NCBI RefSeq assembly: GCF_001194135.2
Contig: NC_068985.1
Location: 18,106,094 to 18,142,085, forward strand
DNA: 35,992 bases
From: Octopus bimaculoides
Taxonomy: Eukaryota
Direction of reading: 5' to 3'
The translations under genes were made by a program, and so were the position numbers. A model generated the notes under the pieces. The model was not told the origin of the DNA, ran no database searches, and saw only the letters and a list, made by a program, of their open reading frames with translations. Within the stretch, counting starts at the first letter, position 1. Each line of letters opens with the position of its first letter. This document shows positions 1 through 12,365 of the stretch, piece after piece.

Positions 1-439
1 TGTGTGTGTGTGTGTGTGTGTGTGTTAAAATTGACTTTAAGACTTGTAGTAAACATTTGTAAAAAGCTTTGAATCAAGCGGTGAATGGCCGACAATTTGT
101 TTTCTTTAACGACCGCATTGGACTGTCTTTGATTCCGTTGAATTTTTCTCACCCCCTCACCCCATCCCACCATGATCGTAGTCATTATCACTGAGTAATT
201 GAAAGTGTATGAGACAGTCATTTACGAGGTGAATGAATGTGAGTAAAGACGACTAACTGAAGGTTATCGAAAGGTATTAAAACACATCAAAAGTTATGAA
301 CCAAACGATAGTCATGCTGGTATACACGTACATACATACATACATACATACATACATACATACATACATACATACGCATACGAGCACACATATACATAGG
401 TATATGTTATATATACACGTGTGTATGTATACATATTCT

Positions 440-635
440 TTTATTTGTTTCAGTCATTTGACTGCGGCCATGCTGGAGCACCGCTTTTAGTCGAACAAAT
501 CGACCCCAGGACTTATTCTTTGTACGCCTAGTAATTATTTTATCGGTCTATTTTGCCGAACCGAAAAGTTACGGGAACGTAAACACACCAGCATCGGCTG
601 TCAAGCGATGGTGGTGGACAAACACAGACACAGAC
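440..635 (-). mobile_element. SINE family A, 3' half
   Basis: tttcagtcatttgactgcggccatgctggagcaccgc...ggacaaacacagacac. Confidence 0.9.
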
Positions 636-712
636 ACACACACACACACATATAAACATATACACACACACACATATATATATACATACACACAAATATA
701 TACACACACCCT

Positions 713-1603
713 CGTGGTCTGATCAATAAGTATCCGGACTATTGCTATAGTAATGAAGCTAAAGAACGCAGAGTGACGCTGCTTGGCACAGATTGACTTT
801 GAACTCTGCTGTGCATATGCACTAAGTTTTAACGTTCTAGCTCACTTCTGCTGTTTACAACAGTGCTTGGAAGGAAGATGTGTAGCGTGTGATCGTCGCA
901 TTGACCTTGACAGAGAAAGTTGTGCAGAGAATCTGCATCAAATGTTGTCAAAACCTTGGCAATACCTGCTCAGAGGCCTACTCAAGTTTTCAAAAAGTTT
1001 TCATCGTTCTCGACACAACCAAGGAGATCTTATGTAACTGAAACCCGAGTGTCTTTTTGGTCAGCTGAAAGTAGTTTTGTCACAAACTTGGCAGACGCGT
1101 CTCATACCCTAATCTTCTCTGATAATAGGCTGAACTGAACCGTAACTAATCTGCACATCTTCAGATTACTCATGGATGGTGATTCGACGATTTCCTCTCA
1201 CAGCTGCACACACATCTGTCATGTTTTTCTCAGTTCTGCTGGTTGCGCGTCACCCAGAACGTTCATCAATATCGGCATTTTTCGGCCATCTTGGAAACGT
1301 CTGAACAACACGTACACTTGTGTGCAACTTATTCACTCCTCCCCATACACTTTCTACAACTCTGTGTCGGCCTCTGAACAGATATCACCATGACAACTTT
1401 CTCTGTCATGGTCAATGCTACGATCACACGCTACACACCTTCCTTCCAAGCACTGCTGTAAACAGTGGGAGTGAGCTAGAACGTTAAAACTTTTTGCGCA
1501 TGCACAGCAGGGTTCAAGGTCGATCTGTACCGAGTGGCTTCACTCTGCGTGTTTTAGCTTCGTTACTATGGCAACAGTCCAGATACTTATTGACGAGACT
1601 TCA
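713..1603. mobile_element. Non-autonomous mariner derivative made of two inverted 5' ends
   Basis: 713-~920 is the imperfect reverse complement of ~1395-1603 (cgtggtctgatcaataagtatccggact vs agtccagatacttattgacgagacttca, followed by TA). The minus strand 1409-985 reads as a decayed transposase N-terminus (NRRITIHE, ISYGSVQ, GMRRV/AKFVTKLL, ENDENFLKT). The plus strand 907-986 reads LTEKVVQRICIKCCQNLGNTCSEAYS. Confidence 0.88.
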
Positions 1604-1699
1604 TATATATATATATATATAAGTCACAGGAACTGGGTGGAACATACGTGAACTGTCTACTTAGTTGCTACTCTGAGGAATAATGAGTTAAATAACATG

Positions 1700-1797
1700 G
1701 CATTACTTGATGCGTGTGTGGGGGTGTATGTGAGCGTGTGTGGGAGTGTATGTGAGCGTGTGTGCGTGTGTGTTTGTGTGTGTGTGTNNNNNNNNNN

Positions 1798-1842
<45 letters not shown>

Positions 1843-2000
1843 CGGATTTGTGTGTGCTGGTTTGTTTACGTCTCCGTAATTTAGCGGTTCGGTAAAAGAG
1901 GGCGATAACATAATTAACAAATTGCTCGGCTAAACTGTTCAAGGCAGTGCTCCTGCATGATCGCCGTTCAATGAGTGAAATAAGTAAAAGATGAAAGATG
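1700..2000 (+). mobile_element. SINE family A, (TG)n tract and 3' half, diverged
   Basis: gctggtttgtttacgtctccgtaatttagcggttcgg...aaggcagtgctcctgcatg. Confidence 0.75.
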
Positions 2001-2069
2001 AAAAAATTCTTCTGTTCTGACAATCACAACAGAAATGTTATGAAAACTTTGAATTCACTGCAAAGAAGT

Positions 2070-2450
2070 ATGTCGTTCAGATAAAGACATTTTACATTGG
2101 TGGCCATCCAGTAGAAAAAGCAAATGATTTGTCCATCCCCACCTACATCCCCAAAAATATCATATTACAGGTCGCTATTCACCTGAATGCAAAATCGTGG
2201 AACTCTCTTATGTTTCCCACAATCATTATTTGTTTCCAAAAAGTTAGTTTGACAGCCATAGACACTGAAGATGCTCATTCTACCGAAAAGCAAAGACGTA
2301 ATTATTCTTGTTTCCATGGTGGCAGAAGAACAATTTGAAAGAGTGTGTTGCTCAAAATGATGATCCGAAGAGTTACAACTAGAAGAGTTGGTTGTGGTTG
2401 CTTCGTTCATAAAAGATTATGCCAGATCAATCTATAGTAATGGTGCCAGT
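2070..2450 (+). mobile_element. Possible highly decayed RTE-clade LINE fragment (post-RT region)
   Basis: Frame-mixed peptides DIYIGGHPVEKAND, VSLTAIDTE and LFPWWQKNN resemble the order of motifs after the RT core in RTE elements. Confidence 0.4.
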
Positions 2451-2831
2451 GATGTCGATAAGTAAGATCTCAATACATCTCAACAACAGATGTTAGACTT
2501 AATCTGTCAAAAGTAACACAATTCTGTGAAATCCTCAGAGCTTTTATGCTTGAAGATTTGTTTAGACTCAACAGAAGCAAGAAATCGCAGACAAGGACCA
2601 CATTATTTGTGCACTGGGTGTCATAGTTATACTTAAGACTTCATATTTGTGTAAACTACATACTTATCACTTGTGCAGTTTGTATCAGAAATGGATTAAA
2701 ACTAGAATATTTGAACAAACGAAAGAGAAATTGTTGCAGAGCAATTGAAAAATCATTTGAAAATGAACAAATCTTTTTATGATAATTCATTAGTATTTTA
2801 ACAAATAGACATATTTCCTACTCTATTCTGT

Positions 2832-3085
2832 GTTTTGAGTTCAAAATCACTGAAGTCAGCTTTACATTTCATCCCTCCGGGGTCCATAAAGTAAAGTATC
2901 AGTCAGTACTGGGATCGATTTAATCGACTTTTAAAAGTGGCGAGTTGCCAGAATCGTTAGCACACCGGACAAAATGTTTATTAGCATTTTCGTCCGTCTT
3001 TGCGTTCTGAGTTCGAATTCCGCAGAGGTCGAGTTAATCAACTTACGCCCTTGCCTTCAAAGTTACTGATTTTGTGTCCAAATTA
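2832..3085 (+). mobile_element. Two diverged, interdigitated SINE family B fragments
   Basis: A central segment at 2832-2930 is followed by a new head (gtggcgagttgccagaatcgttagc) at ~2937. Confidence 0.75.
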
Positions 3086-3846
3086 GAAGCAATTATTTCC
3101 TACTGCTGCAAATCGACATTTTCTTCCCTTATTTTTAAATAAAATATCACAAAACGAATTTTGTGTTATTATATAACCCACACATATGTAACAAAAAAAA
3201 CTATGCTTTACTGTTGATAATGTACTGAAATATAGTAATTTATCACCTACGACGTGAATTAGTATGTTCAGTTTACATAATTCGTTTTTCTCAGCGATTA
3301 TAAAGAATTAAGCAGAATCGAGTATTAATTTTATATCAAATGTCGATGGAAACCTTCCTCCTTAACAAAGTATTTAGATTCTCCTTCAGAAAAGAAGCCC
3401 AAGATATAAAAAAAAAAATCTACTGAACAAAACAGACGCTAAACTAATCAGCAGCAAGAATTCAAACAAACTAATAGACGAAGCCATACGGACACGAATA
3501 TAATCTAACAAAACACATCAAATACACAAACAACACATAAAGTGTATCATTTGAATTAGATGCATACTATGTATTAGAATTAAAAAGATTACGCATCATC
3601 GAAAAATCTCATAAAGCAGGAAACGAAATTCATTACACAGAACTATAAACCAACGCTAATACACTAAAACAATACAATAAAATTGAAAATTACAACGATA
3701 ACAAGCCAGGAGCATGTAAGACTGCCAAAAGATTTTTAAAAAAGCTTAATGACCAAAGTGATTAATAAATTTGATTGCAAGCGTGAAAGTTCTAAACCTC
3801 AGATTCCAACTGTTACATTGGTCATACAATATGAATGTATGCATAA

Positions 3847-4055
3847 GGCGGCGAGCTGGCAGAAACGTTAGCACGCCCGGCGAAATGCTCAGCGGTATTT
3901 CGTCTGTCTTTACATTCTGAGTTCAAATTCCGCCGAAGTCAACTTTGCCTTTCATCCTTTCGGGGTCGATAAATTAAGTACCAGTTTCGTACTGGCGTCG
4001 CTCTAATCGACTAGCCCCCTCCCCGAAAATTTCGGGCCTTGTGCCTAGAGTAAAA
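3847..4055 (+). mobile_element. SINE family B (head ggcggcgagctggcagaa), full length
   Basis: A-box-like tggcagaaacg, B-box-like gagttcaaatt, centre tttgcctttcatcctttcggggtcgat, tail gccttgtgcctagagtaaaa. Confidence 0.92.
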
Positions 4056-4306
4056 AAAATAAATAAATAAAAATATGTATGTATGTATGTATGTACGTAC
4101 ATACATAATTGCTTGGGACAGAAGCAGTATTACTACCAAAAGGCAATCTGTATATCTAACTTAACATGGATGTATTGTTAGAGTGCCGAATACTGCGTTA
4201 TTAGCTTTGAGATGACCTCTCATATGGACGCCTGGTGCAAAAAAGTACACATACTTATATCGCTGGCAGACAAGAATCGTATTTTTCCCGACGTGCTAAT
4301 GATTCT

Positions 4307-4501
4307 TATTTCTTTATGCCCACAAGGGACTACACACAGAGGGGACAAGCAAGGACAGACAAACGGATTAAGTCGTTTTTATATCGACCCCGAAAGGATG
4401 AAAGGCGAAGTCGACCTCGGCGGAATTTGAACTCAGAACGTAGCAGTAGACGAAATACCGCTAAGAATTCCAACCGGCGTGTTAACGATTTTGCCAGCTC
4501 T
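4307..4501 (-). mobile_element. SINE family B alternative-tail variant with a 19-bp TSD, nested in older family B sequence
   Basis: ccgacgtgctaatgattct occurs at 4288-4306 and 4502-4520. Further diverged family B pieces lie at ~4503-4555 and ~4583-4690. Confidence 0.9.
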
Positions 4502-4734
4502 CCGACGTGCTAATGATTCTCTGACGAGCTAATGATTCTGCCAACTGGTCGCCTCCAAGGATGTTAGGGTATTGAAACATGTTATCGACCTCGAAGAGAT
4601 AAAAGGTAAAGGTGGCTTCGACGAGATTTGAACCTAGAACGTAAAAAGACGGAAGAAATACCGTGAAGTATTTTATCTGACATGCTGATCCACAACCCAT
4701 GCATATGACTGCATACTATTATTTGTAATTTTGG

Positions 4735-4936
4735 GACAAGGACAATAAATTTATGGTGGGGTGGGGTGGGGTGGTGCGGAAAATCGATTACATCGATACA
4801 GTGCTCAGCTAGTACTTTATTTTAGCGACCCCGTAAGTCGACTTCAGCCAGAATTTGAACTCCGAACTCAAAGAGACGGACGAAATGTCACAAAGCAGTT
4901 TGTCCATCGTGCTAGCGATTCAGCCGGCTCGCGACC
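4735..4936 (-). mobile_element. SINE family B, diverged
   Basis: gaatttgaactccgaac...cgtgctagcgattcagccggctcgc. Confidence 0.75.
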
Positions 4937-7900
4937 TTTACTACTACTACTACTACTACTACTACACCCACACACACACACATACACTTACACACGCACA
5001 CGAGGTGGGGGCTGAAGAGTTTGGGGCTTTAAGGATATCGCGAAAGGCCAGGTTAAAGGCTCAACCTTCCGAGTTCTTTTTACAGGGCTTAGAAAGAATA
5101 AAGTACCGCTGCAATAAGTGTGTGAATAAAATCATGATTAACTGATCCTCCTATATTTCCTTTTACCCAAAGCCAGGAACTTTTCAGCACACACACCCCT
5201 CGTGTGTGTGTGTGTGATAAACCCATCTCATCAGAAAAAATTCCTCCGGTACATCGGCTAATGTGTGGCTGCCACAACAGTTTCACCTCACAAGGAAACA
5301 CATTTTATTATAACAATGTATTGTTTTGAATACACCAGGATAGTATAACATCCAGCGAGAAAGTCATTATGTCAAAGTAATATTCTTTGATAAGAGAATA
5401 GATTCTACCTAGATACATCTTCATCACAGTATATATATTATTTTAAATTAGTATAAGTTTATATTGCATTAAAACTATATATCTTCATTGCATCAATATT
5501 TAAGCAGAACTTCAGCAAAAAAAAAAAAAAATAGTGTATCGGGAAATAATAGGTTGTTGTTGTTGTTGTTGTTTTTTACCAGACGATAATCTTTTCACGA
5601 GGCATTGAATTAATGTTAAATTCATGAAGTCAAGTTAACGACGCTTAATCGCTTGAACTGTGCATTTTCAACAAAAAATGTAGCGCACTTATACACATTT
5701 ATCAGTCCAAATAGTACACTAAAACGGGAGAAAACACTACAGTTGCAACAAACAGCAAAAATTTAGAGTCAATTAAATATTTTTTAACCTAATTCAAATT
5801 CGAAGCTGGAATTGCTCGAGTTTTTTTTTTCTTTTTTTTTAATGCTATTAAGACCGTTTTTTGATTTTCTGGAACTCTGCTACTAGTAGTAGTTGGTTGA
5901 TTTTATCGCCCCTCCATTCAGACACTTACTGGTATCTCCTTCTCTTGTCACCCGTAATTGAGTCCAGTATTCCCGGTTCCAGCAATAACCATCATTTCTT
6001 CCACAGCAGAGCGTCATTCCCTTAGAATTCCTCCTTTTGCTTGCATATGTTTTTGCTGCCACCACTCATATGCAAGTGTTTAATAAGGTGTTTAACCACA
6101 CCGATCTCATTGATCGCAGTGATCCTTCAAAGGCCATGAATACACTGCCTCTCTGAAGACTAATCCAATATAAAATATTTGGCTCCATATGTAGTATGGC
6201 TGTTGACTGCACAAGAATGTGAATATTGATAAAACCCACTTAAAGGTATCAAAATATATATACTCAGTATTAAAAAAATTACCAATTTTTATAACATGTA
6301 CCCAAAGTATCTGAAAACGAGTACATCAAAAATGGCTCTCGAATTAAAAAAAATAATACGTCAGTTTGAATGTCCAAACAACACAAAAGAAAATGCAACT
6401 TCAAATTTATCAATTCACGGAAGTCACGATACAAGAATTATGGTTGAATAATATCAGAGATCAGTCTTCCACATTAATGAGCTAATGTATTTTGTTAATT
6501 GCTTATGTTATTAACTACGTATATTTGAGAGAAAAAAAGTCCGAGGATGTTTAATCTTTATCGAAGAGTCGATTGGAATAAAGGTAGCTTTGCTATCAAA
6601 CAAAATCAGATACTTCTTAAATCTGTATTTGTAGCAGACATGCATTGCCTATTTGATTTAGCAGTTAAAAATACTAATAAATCACTCCCTGCCTAACAAA
6701 AGCTATGACACGAAGGTGTTTTATTTAATTAAAGCTAAAGTAAATTTATTAAGCAAGGCAAGCCATAGTTGTTCAGCGAAATGGCGAGTGAAAAGATAGC
6801 AACCATTAAAAGTGATAACAAGTAACAAGAAAAGAATAAAAAAGAATTGAGAAATGGATATCAAGCCAGAACTACTACTCTTCACTCCTTTAAGTTGATA
6901 TTTCTAGCTTTAAGTTAAAGAGATTTTCACCGGAAAGTCAAAGAAATGCTCTACTATTAGTGATGGTATTTTTTTCCACACAAACCACCATTTCTAACAT
7001 CGTTTTTCTCTCCTATACGTCCTCCCAGCACCCGCTCTTCTCTTCCTGTCTACGGACAAAGCATTTTTTAAATTTAATTTCTTTTCTGCAATCCCTTATT
7101 AACACTTCAATTTCTTTCCTCCTGTAAATTATTATCCTTTACAGTAATTTAATTATCATCTCCTTCGAGTTTTTATTCTTTAAATGAGGTGACAAGATGT
7201 CATATCAAATGCTGTTTTCTGCTGTTTGTATAGATCTGTTAATATAGATCTTCTAGCTAGCCTTTCTCAAATCTCTCTTCCTTCCATTCTCTTTCTCATT
7301 TCCTCACGTACTCATACACGTTTATACATGCGTACAGATACTATTTTTGTCATAACGTATTCGTTAATGACAAGGAAAAAGAAAAAATATGGCCAAATGA
7401 GAAATTGTAGTTATTCATATCAGTGACATTATTCTATTAGAGAAAGGCTCTTTAATCAGAAACTGCGAAGCTCTAGCAAAGACACGTCTTTTCAACAAGG
7501 CATATCCGTTGAAGGATGACCATGTTGCGTCAATAGTTTTTCCGCCGTCAGCAAATTGTCTAACAATATACTTCCCTCGATTCTCTATTGTTGCTACTTC
7601 TTCTTTCCGGACTGGAGCTGACGGCATAAATTAGCAAACCAAACAAATTTTTCATAGAGAAAATATAATTAAATGATTTTAAAATTGGTTACTGATTAAA
7701 TGATAATTAAAATGGCAATCAGAGTCAGCAGCAAACAGGATGAAGAGATGTTTTCCTTCATTAAATGTTAGCCAAGTTATCTGAAAACACTGAGACCAGA
7801 CTAGGATTTACGCAATTCATTTAAATTACACCCTAAACAGAAAAAAAATGCATCTATACGGGAATACGATCTTTTTATATCATAATAGATTGCATTTGAT

Positions 7901-8084
7901 TCTTAAATACAGAGGATAATATCAATAAAATATAATAAAGTCTGTTCTTTTCTGTTTCTTTTTCTTTCGTTTTTTTTTCCAAGTAGAGGGTGTAGTAGTC
8001 ATATACCACATGGATTATAATGTAATGCATAATAATAACTATCTAGGTTGAATATACCTCTACATGTGTGCACAAAATCTCTCT

Positions 8085-8235
8085 CACAACCACACACTCA
8101 CCCACAAATTATATAGTTATATATACATACCCACACACACACATACATACACATGTACATATGTGTGTGTGTGTGTGTGTGTACATACATATATATATAT
8201 GTATATATACATATATACACATATGTATGTAGGTG

Positions 8236-8306
<71 letters not shown>

Positions 8307-8319
8307 TAGACAGACAGAC

Positions 8320-8388
<69 letters not shown>

Positions 8389-8390
8389 CC
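8085..8390. repeat. Compound microsatellite (CA/TG/TA followed by GATA/GACA)
   Basis: Read directly from the sequence. Confidence 0.95.
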
Positions 8391-8654
8391 AATTTGGAAA
8401 GAAATTCAGCTTTTGATTTAATGAATATGTGTATCCACGTATGGATTTCTATAACAGATAATGTCTGCACTTCATAAAATATAGTTGAATAAACTTTACA
8501 ATTTTTACATTATGCATGCATACATGTATGTATGTACGTATGTATGTACGTATGTATGTATGTATGTATGTATGTATGTATGTATGTATGTATGTATGTA
8601 TGTATACACGCATGCATATATGTACGTATGTATGTTGATATGTATGCGTGTGAG

Positions 8655-8880
8655 GGCGGCGAGCTGGCAGAAACGTTAGCACGCCGGGCAAAATGCTTAG
8701 CAGTATTTCGTCTGCCGTTACGTTCAAATTCCACCGAGGTCGACTTTGCCTTTCATCCTTTCGGGGTCGATTAAATAAGTACCAGTTACGCACTGGGGTT
8801 GATGTAATCGACTTGATCCCTTTGTCTGTCCTTGCTTGTCCCCTTCTATGTTTAGCCCCCTGTGGGCAATAAAGAAATAG
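8655..8880 (+). mobile_element. SINE family B, alternative-tail variant, with probable TSD
   Basis: Tail is tttgtctgtccttgcttgtcccc...gggcaataaagaaatag. Flanked by gatatgtatg(c/t)gtgt at 8637-8651 and 8880-8894. Confidence 0.92.
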
Positions 8881-9661
8881 ATATGTATGTGTGTATACAC
8901 GCATGTATATATGTATATATGTTGATATGTATATATCAAGAATACATGTATATATGTATGAAACCAATGAGAGAATATATGTATATATTTAAAGACATCA
9001 CCAAAAATATCCAATAAGAATTACATACAACTGAAGCTACAAGAGTCTCGGTAAAATTCCATTGAATTACAATTTAATTCTACAGCAATCGACACAAATT
9101 CGATAGATGGCCCTCTAAAATATATGTTCAAGAGGCGATGTGTACACATATTGCCTGGCAATGTTTACGTGTGTGAGTGTATGTATTTGTACCTCATCCT
9201 CTTCTTTAAAACATACTTGTTTTAAAATCATAACGTGTTCCAATTATGCCACACACACTGCCTACGGCTATTGATTTAAAAGTCGTCTCGTTGAATTGTT
9301 TAGACAGAAAAATTTTCAAATTTTTCCAGAAGTATCTGCATGAAAAAAATTAATAAATAGTTAAGTGCAGGCTACAATACTTTGGTGAGTCGAGCGTAAT
9401 TTTTAATTAATTATGATTAAAATTCTAATGAATAGAAAAGTCATCGATGTTAATGAAAATTATTCTCAGAAGAAAAGGAGAGAAATTGCAAAATTTCAAT
9501 CGGTCGATAGATATTTTAAAAACGGAGATGGAATGGGAGATGTCAGATCCTTGTCAACTACGGTAAAAACATAGGACATATTTCAGTCTTATTGGACCTC
9601 TACAGCAAAGCATAGGCAACTCAGTGGCTGCCAAGATCTTAGAACGACTAATAGTTACAAT

Positions 9662-9868
9662 CTGTATGTGTGTGTGTGTGTGTCTTTATGTCTGTGTTTC
9701 TCCCCTTTCCATCGTTTGACAACCGGTGTTGGTATGTTTACGTCACATAGAGTAAGTGCCTGGCATAAGAAAAAATAAGTACTATGGTCGATTCATCCGA
9801 CTACAATTCTTCAAGGCGGTGCCCCAGCATGACCGCAGCCTAATGACGAAAACTAGTAAAAGATAAAA
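9662..9868 (+). mobile_element. SINE family A, 3' half, diverged
   Basis: catcgtttgacaaccggtgttggtatgtttacgtc...aaggcggtgccccagcatg. Confidence 0.8.
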
Positions 9869-10108
9869 TATAAATGGTTATTATACTTCTATGTATTTTT
9901 TTGCTTACTGTTTCCTTTTCTTTGTTTGCTATTTAATGGCTATTATATGAGTCACCGTTATTACTGCTGCCACTTAGAATTCTACAATTATAACAACTAA
10001 CTCTAAATTTAGTTTGTATCAATGTAGAATATTTTAACTGTTTCAATCGATTAATTCTCTTTCACTTTGCTGTTGTTTTTAAAATAATGACTGGGGTCTT
10101 TCTTTAAG

Positions 10109-10234
10109 GTCTGGTTTCAAAACCGGCGTGCAAAATGGAGGAAGCGAGAAAAACACCTCCCATGTAACTTACTAGGGTGTCCCACCTCAGCCTACTCTCC
10201 ACAAACAGCAACGCAACATCATTACGGTCTTTTG
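10109..10234 (+). CDS. Internal exon of a PRD-class (Q50 paired-like) homeobox gene: homeodomain residues 47-60 plus 28 aa
   Basis: Acceptor tctttaAG at 10107-10108. The 126 nt are open and read VWFQNRRAKWRKREKHLPCNLLGCPTSAYSPQTATQHHYGLL. Donor GTAAGT at 10235. A phase-0 intron before V47 is the classic PRD-class position. WRKREK is Arx/Vsx-like but no CVC domain follows, so the orthology group cannot be assigned. Confidence 0.93.
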
Positions 10235-10429
10235 GTAAGTAACACCGATCGCAATTTATTTAATAATTTTTAATTATTTCTGTTTTGTATTTGTTTTGCG
10301 GGGTTCTTAATGTGAAATCGTGAGCTGAAACAAGTTTTCTGGTATTTCGGAGGGGGTCATCTAGCCCAATAATAAACATAGACACTGGTTATATTCCAAC
10401 TGTATAATTATTATTAATCAATAAGTTAA

Positions 10430-10605
10430 GGCAACGAGCTGGCAGAATCGTTAGCACGCCGGACAAAATGTTTAGCGGCATTTCATCCGTCTTTAAGTTC
10501 TGAATTCTATTGACCCCCGAAAGGGGATAAAAAGATAAGAACCAGTTGAGTACTGGGCTCGATGTGAACTTAATGACTTTGTGCCAAAATTTGAAACCAT
10601 TATTA
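10430..10605 (+). mobile_element. SINE family B with internal deletions
   Basis: ggcaacgagctggcagaatcgttagcacgccggacaaaatg. Confidence 0.85.
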
Positions 10606-11574
10606 GTCAATAAGTTAAGCATTTAACCAATTAACTAATCGGTTATTTGATTAATCGTTCGAACAATCAATCAAGCAGATAGATTTCACAAAGTTCTTTT
10701 GTCATTATTCACGACTGAATGGTTAACTTGTTGACTAATAATAATAAAAGAAGTGAAATAGAACGAGTGCGTGTATTTGTTGTGGGCACAAAAAATATAT
10801 TTTAATTATATTTTCATTTGAATCTGTTGTCAAAAGTGAATTATTACGATAGAAAAATTTCCTTTGTAAATTCCATCTTAAAATAGGCGCAATGTGTGCT
10901 GCAGCACTGGGACCCATAATGTAATTTTGTCACATTGCGATATAAATGGAGGCCCACTTCTTCGGTACAGCGATCTGGATCATCATTGTCTAACAATGGC
11001 CATGTTTCTAGTCTCCATAAAATAATTTTCTCATTAAAAGCTTGACTCGTATATTTTATTTTCATGTTATGTGTTGCGGTTTACGTGTTGTCCTCAGCAA
11101 TAATTAAAACTTGTTACAGTCAAGTTTGAACTTTTATCTTTACTAAACGATCCTTCATTTTGTAAAGCTTACAATTTAATCTCACGTATTAACGGTTAGC
11201 CTCAGCCTTAAGTAAAAAGCATGTTGGGTTAAAAATACCATTGGGTAAATAAAAAAGATCGAGAACTTTTTTTACCCAATGTATTATAAGCTGTTATTTA
11301 TAGCTATATCCACTTCGAGATTCATCTTTAAGTTATTTATTTCATATCTCCGCGAAGCGTCAATTTATTCATTAATCCAACATAATCTCTAAAATCTACA
11401 ACAGTAACTGCCTTACTTTCATTATTTCGGATATTTCGGACAGTTCCAAGTACCTTCTTTTCCAGTCTCATCAAGTCGAATTTCATTAAATACCCCTTAT
11501 ACCTGGGACACCCTACATTGTTTATTATTTTGAGAGTTCGCCTGTACATTTTGGATTCTGTTTATATAAAATAT

Positions 11575-11984
11575 AGGCGCAGGTGTGGCTGAGCGGCAAG
11601 AGGTTTGCTTCCCAACCACATGGTTCCGGGTTTAGTCCCACTACGTGACACCTTGTATCTTCTATAGCCTCGGGCCGATGAAAGCCTTGTGAACGGATTT
11701 GGTAGACGGAAACTGAAAGAAGCCCATCCTGTATTGGTGCGTGTGTGTGTGTGAGCGCGCGCGCGCGCGTAAATGTCTTTATGTCTGTGTTTGTCCTCCA
11801 CCACGAACCGGTGTTGGTGTGTTTACGCCCCCGTAACTTAGCGGCTCGGCAAAAATGTCCGACAGGATAAGTACCAAGCTTTAAAAAAAAAGTACTGGAG
11901 TTGATTTATTTGACTAAATATTCATCAAAACGATGCCCCATCATGGTCGTAGTCCAAAGACTGAAACAAGTAAAAGATAAAAGA
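11575..11984 (+). mobile_element. SINE family A (tRNA-like head, central dinucleotide tract), full length
   Basis: Head aggcgcaggtgtggct, B-box-like ggtttagtccc, CORE-like gacaccttg...tcttctatagcctcggg, tail actgaaacaagtaaaaga. Shared with more than 10 copies in the window. Confidence 0.9.
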
Positions 11985-12179
11985 ATATATGGAAGATGAT
12001 GCCCTGTAAGTTCCTTCATTTGTTTAATCTGTAGTATTTACCTTCGATCAAAAATATTTCTGTTCCCTTTTATCGACAGCCTTATAAGGCCGGTTACTCG
12101 GTTTCCAAAGCGTATAAAGTGACCGGGATCATAACATTCTCCTGAACAGGACGCCGGTCCGTTGCGGGGCTCAAGGCCA

Positions 12180-12365
12180 GAGGAGAGGGGACACGTCGAT
12201 TACATCGACCCCAGTACGTAACTGATACTTCATTTTTATCGACCCAGGAGGAATGAAAAGCAAAGTTGTTCTCAGCAAGATTTCAACTCAAAACAAAGAG
12301 CAGGAAGAAATGCCATGCTTAGCATTTTTGTCCGACATGCAAAAGATTCCACCAGCTCGCCACCT
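12180..12365 (-). mobile_element. SINE family B, diverged
   Basis: gtcgattacatcgaccccagtacgtaactg...caccagctcgccacc. Confidence 0.8.

Noticed and set aside
296-490. ORFs made of HTYI, YIYI, CVCV, poly-L/I/N/S or X runs throughout the track
   Set aside because: They are translations of microsatellites, SINEs and N gaps.
2290-2338. KQRRNYSCF resembles the homeodomain N-terminal arm KQRRNRTTF
   Set aside because: A stop follows 8 codons later, there is no helix 1 or YPD motif, and the region fits a decayed LINE better.
4755-4780. G-rich run (ggggt)n, and (GC)n at ~11755-11769, as G-quadruplex or Z-DNA candidates
   Set aside because: Ordinary simple repeats in or next to SINEs, with no functional context.
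5883-6230. Minus-strand ORF and possible RTE-like remnants (YGAKYF)
   Set aside because: Too degenerate to support either an exon or a LINE call by eye.
7415-7627. About 70 open codons on both strands in non-repeat sequence
   Set aside because: No recognisable motif and no convincing splice-site pair.
12085-12175. Fragment reminiscent of old SINE tails (caggacgccggtccgttgcgggg)
   Set aside because: Single short match from memory, with no second copy in the window.
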